Assembly (NCBI GenBank): GCA_038243585.1
Contig: JBBSQY010000042.1
Coordinates: forward strand, 1 to 28,046
DNA: 28,046 bases
From: Candidatus Sumerlaeales bacterium
GTDB taxonomy: Bacteria; Sumerlaeota; Sumerlaeia; Sumerlaeales; Sumerlaeaceae
Direction of reading: 5' to 3'
In this document: piece by piece, positions 17,082 to 26,683 of the stretch
How the letters are laid out: each line of letters begins with the position of its first letter
Numbering within the stretch: position 1 is the stretch's first letter
Made by a program: the position numbers and the translations under genes
The notes under the pieces: model-generated
What the model was told of the DNA's origin: nothing
The model's input: the letters and a program-made list of their open reading frames with translations, nothing else
The model's database searches: none

Positions 17082-19103
17082 GTGATTAAACACCAGCTTC
17101 TTGTGGCGGTTTTCGCCTGTATCGCAACAGCCGGATGGTCTCAGGACAAAGAAATTATCGTCGAATCCTTTTTGGATGGTTCAAACAGCAGTGGGTTTAG
17201 CGCTGTGCAGGGAAACTGGAGTGAGAGCACCGGAAAGAGCACGGCCCCTGGCTTGACGGCTACGAAATCCGTGTATAATGACGCTAATGCCGAAGCTGGC
17301 GTAGCGCGCTTTACTCCCGAAATCCCAGTCGCCGGCAAATATGAAATTTTCATTACCTACCCGATTCAAGGCAACGCCTCCAAGATTAAATACAACGTTG
17401 TGTCCGCGGACGGCGCTAAAGAAGTCGTGTTGACCCAAAATGGACGTGACCTGAGCAATCTGCCTCTTGCCAACGATTGGTATTCGATTGGCATCTTCAA
17501 CTTTAACGCCGGAAGCACCGGCTATGTGGAAGTTGCGGACCCACTTACTGGCGAAAAGCCTCATTCTAACGAGCCGAACGCTCGTATATATGCTGACGCT
17601 GTAAAGTTCGTGCCGTCTACAGGCGCCGTATCGATTACGTCGGCCGCTATCCCAACTGCGCCAGCGGTTGCCGCCGTCGAGAACACAGATATGCCTGGAC
17701 TACCGGCGGTGCAGGCCGCTGCCACACCGGAGACGCAGGCCGCCCTTCCAAGTCTCCCATCATCCACCCCGCCCGCAGCCCCGGCCGCTCAGTTGCCATC
17801 GTTGCCAGCCACTTCGGATGCAGTATCCTCAGTCGGCGCGCTTCCGACATTACCCGGCTCGACCACGACTCCAGCCCCGGCCGCTGCTGATATGCCGACA
17901 TTGCCGTCCGCGACCCCAGCCCCTGCCACCGCAGGTATGCCATCATTGCCGACATTACCGTCCGCGACCCCAGCACCGGCCGTTGCCGATATGCCGACAT
18001 TACCGTCTGCCACCCCCGGTCTTGTGGAAGCATTGCCTTCCCTGCCCGCGTCAGATTCCGCAACGGCTCAAGCCGGTCTGCCCTCTTTGCCTTCCGCCTC
18101 GGCTGCGTCAACGCCGGCTGCGTCCGCCACGCTCCCTGATCTTCCTTCAGCACAGGGCGTCGTCACTACGCAAACCACTATCGTTACCACCATGGCAACT
18201 CCTTATCCGGTACCAAACCTGCCGTCGTTGGCCCCTGTGACGCCGACCCCGGAAAGAACCATGCCATCTCCAGCGGATACGCCGATCTCTGGGGCGTTAA
18301 CCGGACTGCCCGGCGGACCGCTGTCCAACATGCCACCAATGCCTGCCGTGCCACAACCCCCCCCTGCGACGAGCCCTGCTTTTGCCATGCCGTCGTCTAT
18401 GCCGGATGCCACAGCCATGCCAGCTGTTGCCGGCACTCCAGCCCCGTTTGGCATTAACTCCTCAATTACACAGTACAATCCGGCCAATCTGCAGTGGATG
18501 TTTGATTTCGGTGCCGCCCTCAACACGGCTCGTGGTCAGAGCAAAAACGTGATGGTATTCTTCACGGCGCCAGGAAACAAGGCCGCTAACACTTATGAGA
18601 CCAGCTATTTCGCTGATCCATCCGTGCGTCAGGCCTTGGATAGATATGTGTTGGTGAAGGTAGATTTTCCGAAGAACACTCGCCTCGGCTATAGCCTTGG
18701 CATCTTCGGAGCCGGCATCATTGTCGTTACCAACCCCGCAGGTGACGTAACCGCCCGTATTACCCAGTTGCCACCGACCCCGCTGGATCTTGTCAAGCAG
18801 ATGGCTGGCGAAAAGCCTGTACTGGCCGTGCCGACACCCGGCGCAACCGGAGCTCCTGCCGCATTAACCGTCCCGGCCCCAGATGGAACCCCGGCCGCAA
18901 TGCCTCCCGTAATGGACAGTTCTGCCATAGCCCCACCCGCAACTGGCGCTCCTGCCGGGTTAATGCCGGCCTCAGCCGCACCGACCCTGCCACCGATGCC
19001 CGGTGCGCCCGCCGCCACACCAGCCTCCGGCCTGCCTGAGCTTCCAGGACTGCCTGGACTGCCTGGCGCGCCGGCGGAAACACAAACGCCCGGCATGCTC
19101 TAG
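17082..19103 (+). CDS. Secreted multidomain protein: Golvesin/xanthan-lyase-CBM-like domain, Pro/Ala/Thr-rich linker, thioredoxin-like domain without CXXC, Pro-rich tail
   Basis: Signal peptide (MIKHQLLVAVFACIATAGWS). ARFTPEIPVAGKYEIF..WYSIGIFNF..ADAVKF matches the Golvesin-like beta-sandwich pattern. WMFDFGAALNTARGQSKNVMVFFTAP..YVLVKVDF matches a Thioredoxin_7-like fold. Confidence 0.75.
   Translation: MIKHQLLVAVFACIATAGWSQDKEIIVESFLDGSNSSGFSAVQGNWSESTGKSTAPGLTATKSVYNDANAEAGVARFTPEIPVAGKYEIFITYPIQGNASKIKYNVVSADGAKEVVLTQNGRDLSNLPLANDWYSIGIFNFNAGSTGYVEVADPLTGEKPHSNEPNARIYADAVKFVPSTGAVSITSAAIPTAPAVAAVENTDMPGLPAVQAAATPETQAALPSLPSSTPPAAPAAQLPSLPATSDAVSSVGALPTLPGSTTTPAPAAADMPTLPSATPAPATAGMPSLPTLPSATPAPAVADMPTLPSATPGLVEALPSLPASDSATAQAGLPSLPSASAASTPAASATLPDLPSAQGVVTTQTTIVTTMATPYPVPNLPSLAPVTPTPERTMPSPADTPISGALTGLPGGPLSNMPPMPAVPQPPPATSPAFAMPSSMPDATAMPAVAGTPAPFGINSSITQYNPANLQWMFDFGAALNTARGQSKNVMVFFTAPGNKAANTYETSYFADPSVRQALDRYVLVKVDFPKNTRLGYSLGIFGAGIIVVTNPAGDVTARITQLPPTPLDLVKQMAGEKPVLAVPTPGATGAPAALTVPAPDGTPAAMPPVMDSSAIAPPATGAPAGLMPASAAPTLPPMPGAPAATPASGLPELPGLPGLPGAPAETQTPGML
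17844..18017 (+). repeat. Intragenic imperfect tandem repeats encoding PTLPSATP-like units
   Basis: CCGACATTRCC recurs at 17844, 17895, 17949 and 17994, with in-frame spacings of 51, 54 and 45 bp. Confidence 0.8.
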
Positions 19104-19186
19104 TTCTATTGATATTTAAGTACGTCTGTTAGTTAACCCGTTAAAAATCCCCTGAAACTACTCTTTTCTAAAAAGGAACCACTTCC

Positions 19187-20530
19187 ATGAACCAAACTGC
19201 GACTCTTCAGACATCCGCACCCCGCGGCGCACTGCCCCGGTTATCCATCATGATGTTTCTGCAATACGCAGTTTGGGGATTGTGGTTGCCCATCCTGGGC
19301 CGGTATCTTCAGGCTCCGGTTGCGGACGGCGGATTAGGTTTCAGCGCCGGTCAGGTAGGCTGGATCATCGGCCTCGGCGCATCTGTGGGAGCCATAACCG
19401 CTCCCTTTATCGCCGGACAGTTTGCCGACCGCCATTTTCGCGCAGATCGGTTCCTCGCGTTTCTTCTTATGACCGGCGGCATCGTACAGATAATCCTCGC
19501 CCAGCAGACAACTTACTCCGGCTGGATCATCTTTTCCATTCTCTACAGCGTCTTGTTTATGCCGACCCTCAGTCTTACCAACAGCGTCACCTTCGCCAAC
19601 CTTTCCAATACAGAGACCCAGTTTCCGAAGGTTCGCGTATGGGGCACCCTTGGCTGGATCGCCGCTGCATGGATATTTCCGATGGTTTGGTTGCAATCCG
19701 GCATCAAGCTGCAAGCACTGCCTCCGTTTTATAACGGAATTGAGCTGCCTAACGTCACCGGTCGTCTGATAGACGCCATGACCTTCAGCGGCGTTCTTTC
19801 CATAGCATATTCGGTCTACTGCCTCTTCCTTCCGGCCACCCCGCCGAAAAGAGACGGTGTGGAATCCATCGCCTTCGCGAAAGCTTTTTCTCTCATCCGT
19901 AAGCCTTCCGTCCTCGTTCTGGTCTTTGCCAGCCTGATCATCTCAATGATCCATCAGATTTATTTCATCCAGACGTCGCCATTCCTAGCAGCGCGCGGCT
20001 TGAAAGACAGTCTCATCATGCCAGCCATGAGCATCGGGCAATTCGCCGAAATCGCCGTGATGGCCGTACTTGGATTTTTTCTGACCCGCCTCGGCTTTAA
20101 GTGGACTATCGCCCTGGGCGCATTTGCCTACTTTGCCCGTTATGCCATCTGGGCGATGCCGACCGCCCCGCTGTGGCTCGTCGTTTCCAGCCAGGCGCTG
20201 CATGGCTTCTGCTACGCGTGCTTCTTCGCCGGCACCTATATTTACATTGACAGGGTGTCACCCCGCGACGTCCGCAACTCGGCGCAAACCGTCATCGGCA
20301 TAGTCATCCTTGGCGTCGGACCGGTGCTGGCCTCCGTATTTCTGCCTCTGGTTCTAGAGCTCACCGGCAGCAAGACAGAAGCCATTCCGCCTTACATAAA
20401 CTACGCCGGTCTATGGACAGTGCTGTCAGCCATGGGTCTGTTCGTTGCGCTGCTGGTGCTCCTATGTTTCCGCGAAGTGGAAAAAATTGAAGACCATCCT
20501 GCGCTCGTACCGGAACCAGAGATCCCGTAA
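19187..20530 (+). CDS. MFS transporter, nucleoside:H+ symporter (NupG/XapB-like) family
   Basis: RLSIMMFLQYAVWGLW, GQFADR, MPTLSLTNS, FPKVRVWGTLGWI, MSIGQFAE, LHGFCY and RNSAQ motifs; AAAAGGA RBS. Confidence 0.88.
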   Translation: MNQTATLQTSAPRGALPRLSIMMFLQYAVWGLWLPILGRYLQAPVADGGLGFSAGQVGWIIGLGASVGAITAPFIAGQFADRHFRADRFLAFLLMTGGIVQIILAQQTTYSGWIIFSILYSVLFMPTLSLTNSVTFANLSNTETQFPKVRVWGTLGWIAAAWIFPMVWLQSGIKLQALPPFYNGIELPNVTGRLIDAMTFSGVLSIAYSVYCLFLPATPPKRDGVESIAFAKAFSLIRKPSVLVLVFASLIISMIHQIYFIQTSPFLAARGLKDSLIMPAMSIGQFAEIAVMAVLGFFLTRLGFKWTIALGAFAYFARYAIWAMPTAPLWLVVSSQALHGFCYACFFAGTYIYIDRVSPRDVRNSAQTVIGIVILGVGPVLASVFLPLVLELTGSKTEAIPPYINYAGLWTVLSAMGLFVALLVLLCFREVEKIEDHPALVPEPEIP

Positions 20531-20671
20531 CGGCAGGGCGTTTAGATCGATCACATATTTGTCAGCTGGGTCACAACGAATGCCCCGCCGCGCCATTTGT
20601 AAAATTCCTTAGATCATGCGTTTGATCAGTACTATGTCCATTCATATACTCCGAAGGGGTGAACCCACCTA

Positions 20672-21721
20672 TTGAGCCAGACCCACGAACAGGTCATCGA
20701 GCTTTCCCAGGATGAAATGCTGGATTTCACGCGAAAAAGCGACCAGCGGCTCCGCGAAATAGAAACGGAATATTCCGTAAAAGTTATTCCCCGTGGCAAC
20801 ACTATCAAGGTAATGGGCGAACCCGACGTCGTAAAAAAAGCCGTCGGCCTCATCCGTGATCTCGTGCATTTCAGCCGCAACCAGGGCGGGCTTTCCAATC
20901 GGGAAATGCGCACAGCAATGAAGGGCATCCAAACCGAAGGCCGCCAGGAGATGGAACGGGTCTACGGAGACCGGGTGCAGGTGCCCCGTGGCAAGCGCAG
21001 CATTACACCCATCACCGCCACCCAGAAGCGCTACGTGGACGCCATCCGCCGCAGCGATATTGTTTTCGGCATAGGCCCCGCCGGCACCGGAAAAACCTAC
21101 CTCGCCATGGCCATGGCCGTCAGCGCCCTCATGGCTAACGAAGTCGGACGCATCGTGCTGGTACGACCCGCCGTGGAAGCCGGAGAAAGACTCGGGTTTC
21201 TCCCCGGCGACATCAAAGAAAAATTTGACCCTTTCGTTCGCCCTCTCTATGACGCGCTCCACGACATGATGGAGCCGGAGCGCGTGCGCCTGCTTCTGGA
21301 GAACAACGTCGTAGAGGTTGCTCCCCTCGCCTTCATGCGCGGGCGCACCCTCAACGCGAGTTTCGTAATCCTGGATGAAGGACAGAACACGACTGTCGAG
21401 CAGATGAAGATGTTTCTGACTCGTCTCGGTTACGACAGCAAGGCCGTCATCACCGGTGACATCACCCAGATAGATCTTCCCGCCAGCCGCGAAAGCGGCC
21501 TGGTCCAGGTACGGCGCATTCTCGCGGATGTCGAAGGTATCGAGTTTGTCAATTTCGATCAGAAAGATGTGGTTCGCCACGAACTGGTTCAAAAGATCAT
21601 TCGCGCCTACGAGGCAGCCGACGCCGCCGCTGCTCTTCAGGAGCAAGCCCCCGTGAACGCCGCGGCAGAATCCCAGTGGCCCCAAACCGACGCACCTGCG
21701 CCTAACCCCGACGAGGCTTAG
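20672..21721 (+). CDS. phoH: PhoH-like ATPase (YbeZ/PhoH family)
   Basis: GPAGTGKT, RPAVEAGERLGFLPGD, RPLYDAL, LAFMRGRTL, ILDEGQN, GDITQIDL and DVVRH motifs. Confidence 0.96.
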   Translation: MSQTHEQVIELSQDEMLDFTRKSDQRLREIETEYSVKVIPRGNTIKVMGEPDVVKKAVGLIRDLVHFSRNQGGLSNREMRTAMKGIQTEGRQEMERVYGDRVQVPRGKRSITPITATQKRYVDAIRRSDIVFGIGPAGTGKTYLAMAMAVSALMANEVGRIVLVRPAVEAGERLGFLPGDIKEKFDPFVRPLYDALHDMMEPERVRLLLENNVVEVAPLAFMRGRTLNASFVILDEGQNTTVEQMKMFLTRLGYDSKAVITGDITQIDLPASRESGLVQVRRILADVEGIEFVNFDQKDVVRHELVQKIIRAYEAADAAAALQEQAPVNAAAESQWPQTDAPAPNPDEA

Positions 21722-21822
21722 TGAGCAATCCCCATCATCTAATTCCTATGTCCACACCCAGCCCGACTTCGCATAACTTTAATTATCTCCGAGGATCGCA
21801 GCAGGGGGCCACGCCCGTCTGA

Positions 21823-24129
21823 ATGAGCCCCCTCCGACGCAAAAAGCTGCTGGCCCGTCTCCATGAATCCTCCAGCGTCACCCGCTACCGTAGCCGTAAA
21901 CAGGGAAACAAGGGACTAAGCGCCTGGGCCACCCTGACGTTTGTCTTTATCGTACTGGTAATCTGCGTCTCGCCCAACCTGTTCCAGAAAATCCCCACAG
22001 CCCCTTTCGGATCCAACTGGTCCCACCCGGATATAGTCACCCCGTACCGCCTCATCATACCAGATGCGGAAGCAGCAAAACTACAACGAACGCGCCTTCA
22101 GGCCAGCCAGACAAAAGTCTTCTTCCTCGATAGGAAACTCGAACCGGCCATCCTCGCAAAAACGAACGCGCTGATAGCCATGCTCGGCAACATGAGACAA
22201 GCCGGAAACCCTGCGGGAATATATGCAGCCGCGCGCAAAGACATCGGAGCGGATCTCCAGGTGTCCACGCTGAAAACCCTTGCTGCCAACGCGGCATCCC
22301 ACCGGACAACTTCAGACCTGACCACAATCTTTCAGCACCTTCTGGAAGTGCGCGGCGTCAGCGCAGACAAGAGCCTGCTTAATTCCGCCATTCGAAGCGG
22401 TCGCGCCCTGGTGGTCACCTCCGACAATCAACAGGTCACCTCACCCAGCCTTCGCATGGTACTGGGATACCCCGGCGAAGCTTTCGATTATACAGAAAAT
22501 TCCTACCTCGCAACCTTCCAGGTTTCTCCAGAGCTGAAAGCTGCCTACGCGGACCTCGTCCGTCAGTTGCTCAAACCTAATATCACCTATGATCGGGAAA
22601 AAACCGAACAGCAGCTCCAATCCGCCATCGCCGCCGTAAACCCGAAGCGCATCTATGAACCCGGCAGCGTCGTGGCCCGTCGCGGAGAAGCCGTAACCGC
22701 CGATACAATAGAAACCTTAAGCCTGTTAAACGCCCGCGAAAAGAAAAACGATCTCCTGCGCACAGCCGGCAGCGCCATAATCGTATTCCTGGCCATTGCG
22801 TTCACCGGCCTCTACGCCCGCAGATTCAATCGCGATATGCTGTTCACGTCGCGGTCCGTGCTTCTGGTCGCCTTGCCGGTTGTCCTGGCGGTCTCCCTCG
22901 GACGCGTCACCCTCAACTACGGCATCCTCGGAGCCTTCGCCCTCCCCGCCGGCATGGTCGGCATCCTCACGGTTATGCTGTTTGATGAGCGCTTCGCCCT
23001 CGTCCTCACCACCATGAGCTGCGTATTATTTTCCGTCGCCACCGGCCTCACCTTCCCCCACACCCTCATCGGGCTGGTAGGCGGATACACCGCCATCGCA
23101 AGCCTCAGAAATCTGCAGGAACGCCGCGAAGTCCTTTTCACCGGATTCTATATCGCCCTCGCAAACTGCATGGTCGCCGTCGCCATAGGCCTGATCCTCA
23201 ACCCCATCCGTCCAGATCTGACCGCCGGATTCCTGCAGTCCCTGGTCAACGGCCTCATGTGTTACATTCTCGCCGTCGGCGCGCTTCCCGCTTTCGAAAA
23301 CCTGTTCCAGGTAACCACGGACGTTCGCCTGCTGGAGCTTACCGGCGCAAACCATAAGCTGCTTCAGATAATGGAAGAAAAAGCACCCGGCTCGCTCCAC
23401 CACTCCATGAACGTCTCCAGCCTGGCCGAAGCCGCCGCCGAAGCCGTCGGCGCCCATTACCTTCTGGTCCGCGCAGGTGCCTATTTCCACGACGTCGGCA
23501 AAACCGTCAAGCCCACCTATTTTACCGAAAACCAGTCCACCCCCGAACAGAAACTCATCCACTCCAAGTTGTCCCCCGCCATGAGCACCCTCATCATCAA
23601 GAATCACGTCAAGGAAGGCGTGGAACTGGCACGGGCCTATCATCTGCCGGCCAAGGTAATCGAATTCATCCCCGAACACCACGGCACCACCCTCATCAAA
23701 TACTTCTACGTCCAGGCCCTGAAAAAGGCGGAACAAGAAGGCACCGACGAGATCATCAGCGAAGAAGAATACCGCTACCCCGGACCAAAGCCCCGCTCCA
23801 TCGAAACCGCCATCCTCATGCTGGCCGATTCCGTCGAGGCCATCGCCACATCCCGCTTCGCGGGCAAAAGCCCCGACGAAGTAGAAATCCGCCGCGCCGT
23901 CCACGAAGCCGTCAGAGAAAAACACGAAGACCGCCAGCTCGACAACAGCCCCCTCACGTTCCGCGACCTCGAGATTATCAAAGAAGCCTTCGTGCGAGTG
24001 CTACAGAACCGCTTTCACCAGCGCATAAAATATCCAACCATGCCAGGCCGCAACCCCGCCGCAACCGGAAAACCTCCGGCCACCCCGCCAGAAGATAAAG
24101 ACCGGAAAACCAAAAAAGCGGAAGCCTGA
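21823..24129 (+). CDS. 7TM-HD (HDIG) membrane phosphohydrolase, PgpH/YqfF-like putative cyclic-di-AMP phosphodiesterase
   Basis: N-terminal TM helix, large extracytoplasmic domain, about 7 TM helices, then an HD domain with APGSLHHS, YFHDVGK, YFTENQ, EHHGT, RYPGPKP and LADSVEA. Lies downstream of phoH, as yqfF/pgpH does in Firmicutes. Confidence 0.9.
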   Translation: MSPLRRKKLLARLHESSSVTRYRSRKQGNKGLSAWATLTFVFIVLVICVSPNLFQKIPTAPFGSNWSHPDIVTPYRLIIPDAEAAKLQRTRLQASQTKVFFLDRKLEPAILAKTNALIAMLGNMRQAGNPAGIYAAARKDIGADLQVSTLKTLAANAASHRTTSDLTTIFQHLLEVRGVSADKSLLNSAIRSGRALVVTSDNQQVTSPSLRMVLGYPGEAFDYTENSYLATFQVSPELKAAYADLVRQLLKPNITYDREKTEQQLQSAIAAVNPKRIYEPGSVVARRGEAVTADTIETLSLLNAREKKNDLLRTAGSAIIVFLAIAFTGLYARRFNRDMLFTSRSVLLVALPVVLAVSLGRVTLNYGILGAFALPAGMVGILTVMLFDERFALVLTTMSCVLFSVATGLTFPHTLIGLVGGYTAIASLRNLQERREVLFTGFYIALANCMVAVAIGLILNPIRPDLTAGFLQSLVNGLMCYILAVGALPAFENLFQVTTDVRLLELTGANHKLLQIMEEKAPGSLHHSMNVSSLAEAAAEAVGAHYLLVRAGAYFHDVGKTVKPTYFTENQSTPEQKLIHSKLSPAMSTLIIKNHVKEGVELARAYHLPAKVIEFIPEHHGTTLIKYFYVQALKKAEQEGTDEIISEEEYRYPGPKPRSIETAILMLADSVEAIATSRFAGKSPDEVEIRRAVHEAVREKHEDRQLDNSPLTFRDLEIIKEAFVRVLQNRFHQRIKYPTMPGRNPAATGKPPATPPEDKDRKTKKAEA

Positions 24130-24277
24130 GCCACAATCGATCTTTCCGATTGAAATGAGAGTTTGCAAAGCACTGAATGCCTTTTGTTGACTAACCAAAT
24201 TATGCGCAAACAGGTGGCTACCTTATAACCTCGGGCCGTCGTTAAGAGTCAGCAGATGCCTTTGAAAGAGGTTAACA

Positions 24278-26680
24278 ATGAAATTAATCCATGGAACTTT
24301 ATCAGCATTCGCGCAGCTTCGCCATCCTATGCTCAAAAAGACTTTATTTAAGATAAGCGCTCAACACTTCGCCGCAACAATCGCATTGGTAATCATTGTT
24401 TCTGGCGGCACACTGTCTGCCGAGCCGGTGGAGTTACGACCGGTTTGGAATTACCCCGCTCTGGCTCATTTCCAGAGAGTTACCGCCGAGACTTTAATTG
24501 GCGGAGAAGTTGAAATTTATACCCTGTGCAACAGTGAGAGTCGAAACTCATCGAATTACTGGGTGGCATTGGCCTGGAATGGCGTTGACGACTATGAGCC
24601 TGTTTACACAAGCCAGTTTTACGTCGATAACATTATAGCAATAGCCACGGGCGACGTAACGGGAGATTCTCGGACGGAAATCATTGTCGCGCTGGGCGAC
24701 GGGGAAATTCACCTCTACGACCAGGTAACAAAGCATTATCTGAGTGCGTTTTCAACCACAGCCTCGCTGGCGCAGCCTCTCGGGTATATGCGGACGGCTG
24801 ATCTTGACGGCGTTGGTAAAGATGAAATCGTGGTACACAACTATGCGGATCTCGCGGTGTTCGCCGATGGCCAGCTCCAATGGAAATTAGCGGACCAGGG
24901 CAATGCTCGTCTTGCCATTGGACAGTTGGATACAGATCCCGCTCTTGAAATTGTCACCGCAAACGGGAAAGTAGTCGATAGCGGCACTCGGTCGGTCCAG
25001 TGGAATCTCAACGCCAATATAGATTATATGGCCGTCGGCGATCTTGATGGTGACTCTTTAGATGAGCTTGTGAGTTGCAATCCGTTGAGGGCGTATGATG
25101 TGGATACCCAGACGCAGAAATGGTTAAGAGCCTCAGGTATTGATGCCTCAGCGATAGCAATTGCGGATTCTGACGGTGATGGTGCCCTCGAAATTATCCT
25201 GGGGCAGTCTCAGTGGGGAAACTTAAGAGGCCTGGATGCACTGGGAGAATCTGTAATCTGGTCTATTGCAAATCCAGGACATACTGTGTACGATATTACC
25301 GTTGCTGATTCAGACGCAGACGGCAAACCTGAACTGATATGGGCAACATCAAGTAATTTAAACCGCGCGTCTCCTGAAGACAGCGGGCTGTTTATAGCGA
25401 ATACGAGCAGCCAGGTTATTGAGTGGAAAAATGCGCCAGTCGGCGGCCCTTTCACATCCGTAGCGACGGGTGATCTGGATGGCGATGGGGAGGACGAAGT
25501 CGTGGTAACCACGCCTTCAAGCCGTGGCGGATTACTCGTATTTGACAAATTGACTATGCGTCTCCGGGGCACACTAAGGACATCTGGATTATCCCCGGGT
25601 TCTAATATATCTGATTTGAAACTCATTGATGTGGACGCGGATGGGAAAAAGGAAATACTGATAGCGGTAGGCGGCTTTAGCAGCGCGATTGAGGTCTATG
25701 ATTACAGCCAAAATGATTCATTTTCTCTCCAGTGGTCTCGCGGAACCGGCAACTTTCTCAGTATGATAAGTTGCGTAGACGCCTACGACGTCGACGGAGA
25801 CGGAACAATGGAAATCATTGCGGGGGGCGGATCAGCTACAAACGGAAGAGACGACTCCGCGCTCTATATTTATGACTACGCCTCCAAAGCAGAGGAGTGG
25901 CGATCACCACCGATTACTCCCCGCACTCAATCGTTGAAGGTGGCAGACCTCGATAATAAACCCGGCCCAGAAATTTTCGCACTAATGGACACAACCGACC
26001 TCTATATCCTCGACGCAGCAACAAGAGAATTACGCGGATACATTCCGGGGCCGTTCGAGGTTATGCAGATTATTGAAAAAGACATTTTTTTGGCTAATGC
26101 CAGCGGCGAGCTGCACAACTACCGGTATGATGGTTCGGATTATTCTTTCGTCACGTCCAACTCGTTAACTGCAGATCAGCGTATTGAAGGCTTCGACGTC
26201 GTTTCAAAAAACCCGTTAAAAGTTCTCTTTGGATCGCAGGGCAAGCTTCATTTATTCCAAGGCGATACAGTGCTGGCTCGCACGCCGGACTTTGGTTATT
26301 TCTATGGCTCTTCCATAACAGATGCCATGGCAGTCGGTTCTCATGTCTTGAGCAGCTTCACCCTTCCAGCGCCGACCCTCCAATTAGAATCGATCGGCGT
26401 CAGCACTCCGGGGTCTACGAAAGCAAAATGGAATCAAATCGTGAGCGGCGCCGAGTATCGCGTGCAGGCAGCACGCGCAGCAACGTTCGACGACGCGGTA
26501 GACAGCGGCTGGATCAACCAGAATACCCACAGCTTTAATGATCTGCCGCCAGGACTTTACTATTACCGGGTAATGGCACGAACATACGACGCCCTAACTG
26601 AAAGCATGTGGTCACGAATAGAATCAATGCGCCATGGCCCGAACCCTGCCGCGGCAGCGGATTGGGCATTATACTTCTAG
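24278..26680 (+). CDS. Secreted FG-GAP/VCBS-repeat (beta-propeller) protein with a C-terminal FN3-like domain
   Basis: About 10 D-x-D-G-D-G-x-x-E-I/L repeats (e.g. GDLDGDGEDEVV, DVDGDGTMEII), a signal-like hydrophobic stretch, FN3-like W..YRVQ..LPPGLYYYRVMAR, and a GAAAGAGG RBS. Confidence 0.85.
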   Translation: MKLIHGTLSAFAQLRHPMLKKTLFKISAQHFAATIALVIIVSGGTLSAEPVELRPVWNYPALAHFQRVTAETLIGGEVEIYTLCNSESRNSSNYWVALAWNGVDDYEPVYTSQFYVDNIIAIATGDVTGDSRTEIIVALGDGEIHLYDQVTKHYLSAFSTTASLAQPLGYMRTADLDGVGKDEIVVHNYADLAVFADGQLQWKLADQGNARLAIGQLDTDPALEIVTANGKVVDSGTRSVQWNLNANIDYMAVGDLDGDSLDELVSCNPLRAYDVDTQTQKWLRASGIDASAIAIADSDGDGALEIILGQSQWGNLRGLDALGESVIWSIANPGHTVYDITVADSDADGKPELIWATSSNLNRASPEDSGLFIANTSSQVIEWKNAPVGGPFTSVATGDLDGDGEDEVVVTTPSSRGGLLVFDKLTMRLRGTLRTSGLSPGSNISDLKLIDVDADGKKEILIAVGGFSSAIEVYDYSQNDSFSLQWSRGTGNFLSMISCVDAYDVDGDGTMEIIAGGGSATNGRDDSALYIYDYASKAEEWRSPPITPRTQSLKVADLDNKPGPEIFALMDTTDLYILDAATRELRGYIPGPFEVMQIIEKDIFLANASGELHNYRYDGSDYSFVTSNSLTADQRIEGFDVVSKNPLKVLFGSQGKLHLFQGDTVLARTPDFGYFYGSSITDAMAVGSHVLSSFTLPAPTLQLESIGVSTPGSTKAKWNQIVSGAEYRVQAARAATFDDAVDSGWINQNTHSFNDLPPGLYYYRVMARTYDALTESMWSRIESMRHGPNPAAAADWALYF

Positions 26681-26683
26681 CGT

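Noticed and set aside
16320..17085. Short ORFs of 65-83 aa in the ftsZ upstream gap
   Set aside because: No RBS or family motifs, atypical composition, and two of them overlap on opposite strands.
17844..18017. Regularly spaced repeats considered as a CRISPR array
   Set aside because: They are in-frame coding repeats of a Pro-rich linker with similar 'spacers', and there are no cas genes.
20669..21685. 338-aa minus-strand ORF
   Set aside because: Antisense shadow of phoH, explained by codon bias; no recognisable motifs.
23026..23925. 299-aa minus-strand ORF, and similar long shadows at 7129-7884, 8436-9239, 9422-10219 and 15366-16028
   Set aside because: Each lies fully antisense to a well-supported gene; biased codon usage in GC-rich DNA suppresses stops on the opposite strand.
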